Below, in pieces: positions 60,650 to 64,000 of a stretch of 64,000 nucleotides of DNA. The notes under the pieces are model-generated. The model was given only the letters and a program-made list of their open reading frames with translations, was not told where the DNA came from and did no database searches. Numbering within the stretch: the first letter of the stretch is position 1; every line of letters starts with the position of its first letter. The stretch comes from Callorhinchus milii (taxonomy: Eukaryota): NCBI RefSeq assembly GCF_018977255.1, contig NW_024704856.1, positions 62,001 through 126,000 of the forward strand. Direction: 5' to 3'. The position numbers were made by a program, and so were the translations under genes.

Positions 60650-62290
60650 AATCGGTCAGGGTGATGACAACACAGGGGAGAGGAGCCGAAACAAATGGAT
60701 GCACAGTTGGACACAGAGAAGAGTTTGAGTGAAATTGTCATTGGGGACACAACCTTCAAAGGAGTAGACGGATGTTTCTCCAGTGGTCACAGAAGATGAG
60801 GATGCAGCCAATGCCACAGGATAGATAAGAGGGAAAAAAATGGATAGGTCAAGAAAAATCAAGTTACTGAAAATCAATCGGCATCAGAGTAGATAAGTCA
60901 CTAGGAGGAGACGGGATGAATCCAAGTTGACTGAAAGGAAGAAAGGCTGGAAATAACGGAGTCTCTGGGAAAACCTCTCAATTCGTTTTGTACGCCAGCG
61001 TGCTACCAGTGGAAGGAAGTGTTAGTTCCCTGTACAAAAAGTGGCAGAAGGATAAATTCGGTAACTTCAGACCAGTCAAAATCACTTCATGTTGTGGCAA
61101 CTTGTAGAGACTACAATCTTATCGGGACAAAATACATTGTCACTTGGAAAAATATGGTTTAATAAAGAACAGCCAACACGGTCCAAAAAATTCGATAAGG
61201 TAACGGAAAGGGTGGATGAAGTTTCTGCAATTGGTGTTGTTATTCATTTACAAAAGACGTATTAGAAAGTACGACATAAGACACTGGTAAGCAAAATAGA
61301 AGCCACGGTTTTAAGGAAGGTGTCAGCATGGAAACAGAATTGTCTGGGATATTGAAAGCAGAAGTGGTGGTGAACGTTTGATTTCCTGAAAAGAGGAAGT
61401 CTGCAGTGCTGTCCCCCAATGTTGTTTATTGGGACCACTGCTGATTTTGAGCTCGAAATATCAAATATTCAATGTAGGACGACAACGGCAGTGCTTTGCT
61501 TGGTGCAGAGTAGGAAATGGATTTGGAGGCTGGCAGTACCAAGCAATTGAGAATGTGAACTTGTATATACTTCCCATCAATGGGTGTCGAAATGTCGATA
61601 TAAAAGTTGACCGTGTACTGGATTTTATAGGTAGAACCAAAGGGTAAAGAAAGTCAACCTGCAATGGCACGTATGTGCATATCATTCGATAGATTGCACC
61701 TGCAGCATTGTTTTCATATGTGCACGTTCTCATACAATGAAAGATACTTAGGTGTTGGTATGGATGCTGAGGAGATGTACCAGAATGATCCCAGGGATGT
61801 GGGCCTGTGTAGTCAATGGCTCATTGTCGTTACCTGAGGTTCGGTGGCCATCTGTCTGAAGACAGAGAAAATCTCTTGAAGTCCAGGGCAGCCAAAATAG
61901 AGTGAGTGATTGGGCCCGGCTGTAGATGACATAGTAAAAACTTCAAAGCAGGTCAATGAGGGAAACAGCTGGCAAATAATCCATCCACTGTCCCTCTTGC
62001 CAAACCCAAGACGTTTTGGCATTGACATTGCTGGGCACAGTATAGGAGGCAAAGGATGGACAGCATGTCTTCCCACAGGGGAAAGTGTGCTGATGACCCC
62101 GGCTATTAGATATAGAGGTTATCAACCAAAATAATTGACTGACTGAAGGGCCTGGACTATGAGGTGTGTCCAAGTATATTGGCCATGTACAAACGCAAAA
62201 AAAGATGATTTCGCGGAGACATGATTTCTGTCTTCACTAAGCTGAAGTGGCGACATTCAGAATAAATTTACACAAACACTGTTTCAGTTA
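60650..62290 (+). mobile_element. CR1-like LINE relics (inverted paralog of about 22700-24230)
   Basis: ggtaacttcagaccagtc, aacagccaacacgg, gtgctgtcccccaa..ttgggaccactg, agggcctggactatgagg. Confidence 0.55.
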
Positions 62291-62875
62291 GCGGATAGTT
62301 AATCTATGGAAAATGCACCCTAGGGAGTCAGAAACTTCAAGCAGGGAGTGTTGATTCTTTGAAACACGGAACACATAGTTTTCTCTTATGAAATAATATG
62401 ATATGATTTAGCACAGTGAGAGATTGCACAACAGGTGCATCCACGCTCTCACACTTTGGGACAATATTGGTTTCACTCTCACTGGGTAAGAACAATAATC
62501 TGTGGTGGATTTTGGGCAAGTACAAGACCAACCGTTTCTTTTTACTTAACCCACGAGCCTGGTTATGAAACCCATCTTGTCACAGTGACTTCAGCCGCCA
62601 TTCATGCGCTCTGATCACAAACCAAAATGACAGTCATTTAATGCAATATGTAACTGGCCTAACTCAGACACAGTCACACCCTGACCACTACACGGTTTAG
62701 ATTTCATTCCTGCTTTCTCTTTTTGAACACGTCACCTTTGAGGTGGCTCAGCCCCCATCAGATCCTGCTTACATCCTCCAAGGAAACCAGTCAGCAGTTC
62801 GTGTCAGAAGAGAAATGTTGGTGTTTCACAATCATTTGTGCATGTAGCCTATTCCCAGTGGAGACAGTTCTGGGA

Positions 62876-62881
62876 TATAAA
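62876..62881 (+). promoter_or_regulatory. TATA box of GPCR3
   Basis: TATAAA about 55 nt upstream of the ATG, conserved in three paralogs. Confidence 0.55.
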
Positions 62882-62934
62882 GACTGGCAGCTTTGAGTGT
62901 CCAGCACTGACAGCGTATCCGCTGGTGATACAAA

Positions 62935-63034
62935 ATGTTGAGAGCGTTAGCCTTCTTTCCTTGGCAGTATCTGCCAACACTTTTTCGGATAATGATAGTT
63001 TATTATCCTATTCTTGCAGCTATCGGTATTGCAG
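62935..63034 (+). CDS. GPCR3 exon 1 (GPR139-like paralog; exon 2 expected beyond the window)
   Basis: 100 nt, MLRALAFFPWQYLPTLFRIMIVYYPILAAIGIA, then gtaatt donor; flanks are the reverse complement of GPCR2 flanks. Confidence 0.85.
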
Positions 63035-64000
63035 GTAATTAGTTAGATACAAATTTTACTTGTATCCCGATGTACCACAAGGTTGCGCATGGCACACACA
63101 TCTGCTTCTCCAGCTGTGACTTTTCTTCCACTGAGGTCTTTTTGATGTCTCTATAAAGATAAGATATTGTCGTTTGCTGAACCCGCTCCCCTCTCGCTGT
63201 GAGACTGATAGTGTGTCTCTTCTTCTTTGAGGGTCTGCTCGTTACTATGTGTGTTACAATGGTGACCGTAGGTACAGTCCTAAAAGAATATCTTTCCGTC
63301 TAATCTGACGGGCGCTCAAAAGGGTGTGAGTTGGAGACATTGAGCCTCCAGTGTTTCAGGACACATTGGCTGTAAGAATGTCTGGTGGTGAGGAAGGATT
63401 GATCGGATGAGCGACCCAGTTCTGTCAGTAGGTTGAGAGACAGAGGTATGCCAGGGCAGGGAATGGTTTGCAAATATTTTGAGTATCTTTATTTTAATGT
63501 GTTTTCTGGAAAGGAGGCAGGGAATCCTAGCGAGGACTGGAGTGAAAGGTGTGCGGAGATTGTATGAGAGTGGACATGTTTGGAATTGTTTTCAATGAGT
63601 TGGATGTTGTGAATGGAGGGGGTTGGGGTGACCAGTGAGAAAAATATTGGACAATCTCGAAATTTTCGGTGTCTGACTATAAATAGCTCGATTAAGCCCT
63701 CTGTTTCTTTTGACGTTATTGCGAATTATGCTGTGTGTGAGGCGAATTCTTTTCACATTATACAGTGGATTTTTAACGCCATCTTCAATTAGTGGAAGTG
63801 AATATTCGGATTTATGTTCTCATCTGCAGGAACACATGTTGATACTAAATAGGTTCCACATCTTTAAGATTATATTCAATGCATATACTTGACAATATCC
63901 TGTCAGATGTTAACATGATTGCAACCAGAGAAACGCAATAAATATTTGAGGATACACACTTTATTCGGTGTATACATGGCCAGGAAATGTGGACATAGTT

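Overview
Eukaryotic (vertebrate) genomic DNA, not prokaryotic. The tRNA-Ala-headed SINE with an L2-type tail, the L2/CR1 relics and the gene content suggest a cartilaginous fish, possibly a chimaera such as elephant shark (inference). The window is a birth-and-death cluster in which RING-B-box2-coiled-coil-PRY/SPRY (B30.2) TRIM genes are interleaved with two-exon GPR139-like class A GPCR genes. TRIM-A (-, 3542-9743) is intact. TRIM-B (-, 25233-30351) has its SPRY C-terminus replaced by foreign sequence. TRIM-C (+, 35245-37180) has a 2-nt frameshift and its last exon is missing or in a gap. TRIM-D (-, 39417-40007) has a RING Cys>Gly change, a frameshift and a truncation. Two decayed SPRY exons are also present. 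GPCR1 (-) and GPCR2 (-) are intact; only exon 1 of GPCR3 (+) is in the window. Direct and inverted segmental duplications link these units. Notable regulatory signals: an ISRE+ETS element about 30 nt before the TRIM start codons (broken in TRIM-B), a duplicated ZNF143-CTCF-ZNF143-like module, and a CpG-island promoter with no identified gene. There are two 30-N assembly gaps (25165-25194, 39309-39338). All calls were made by eye; no searches were run.
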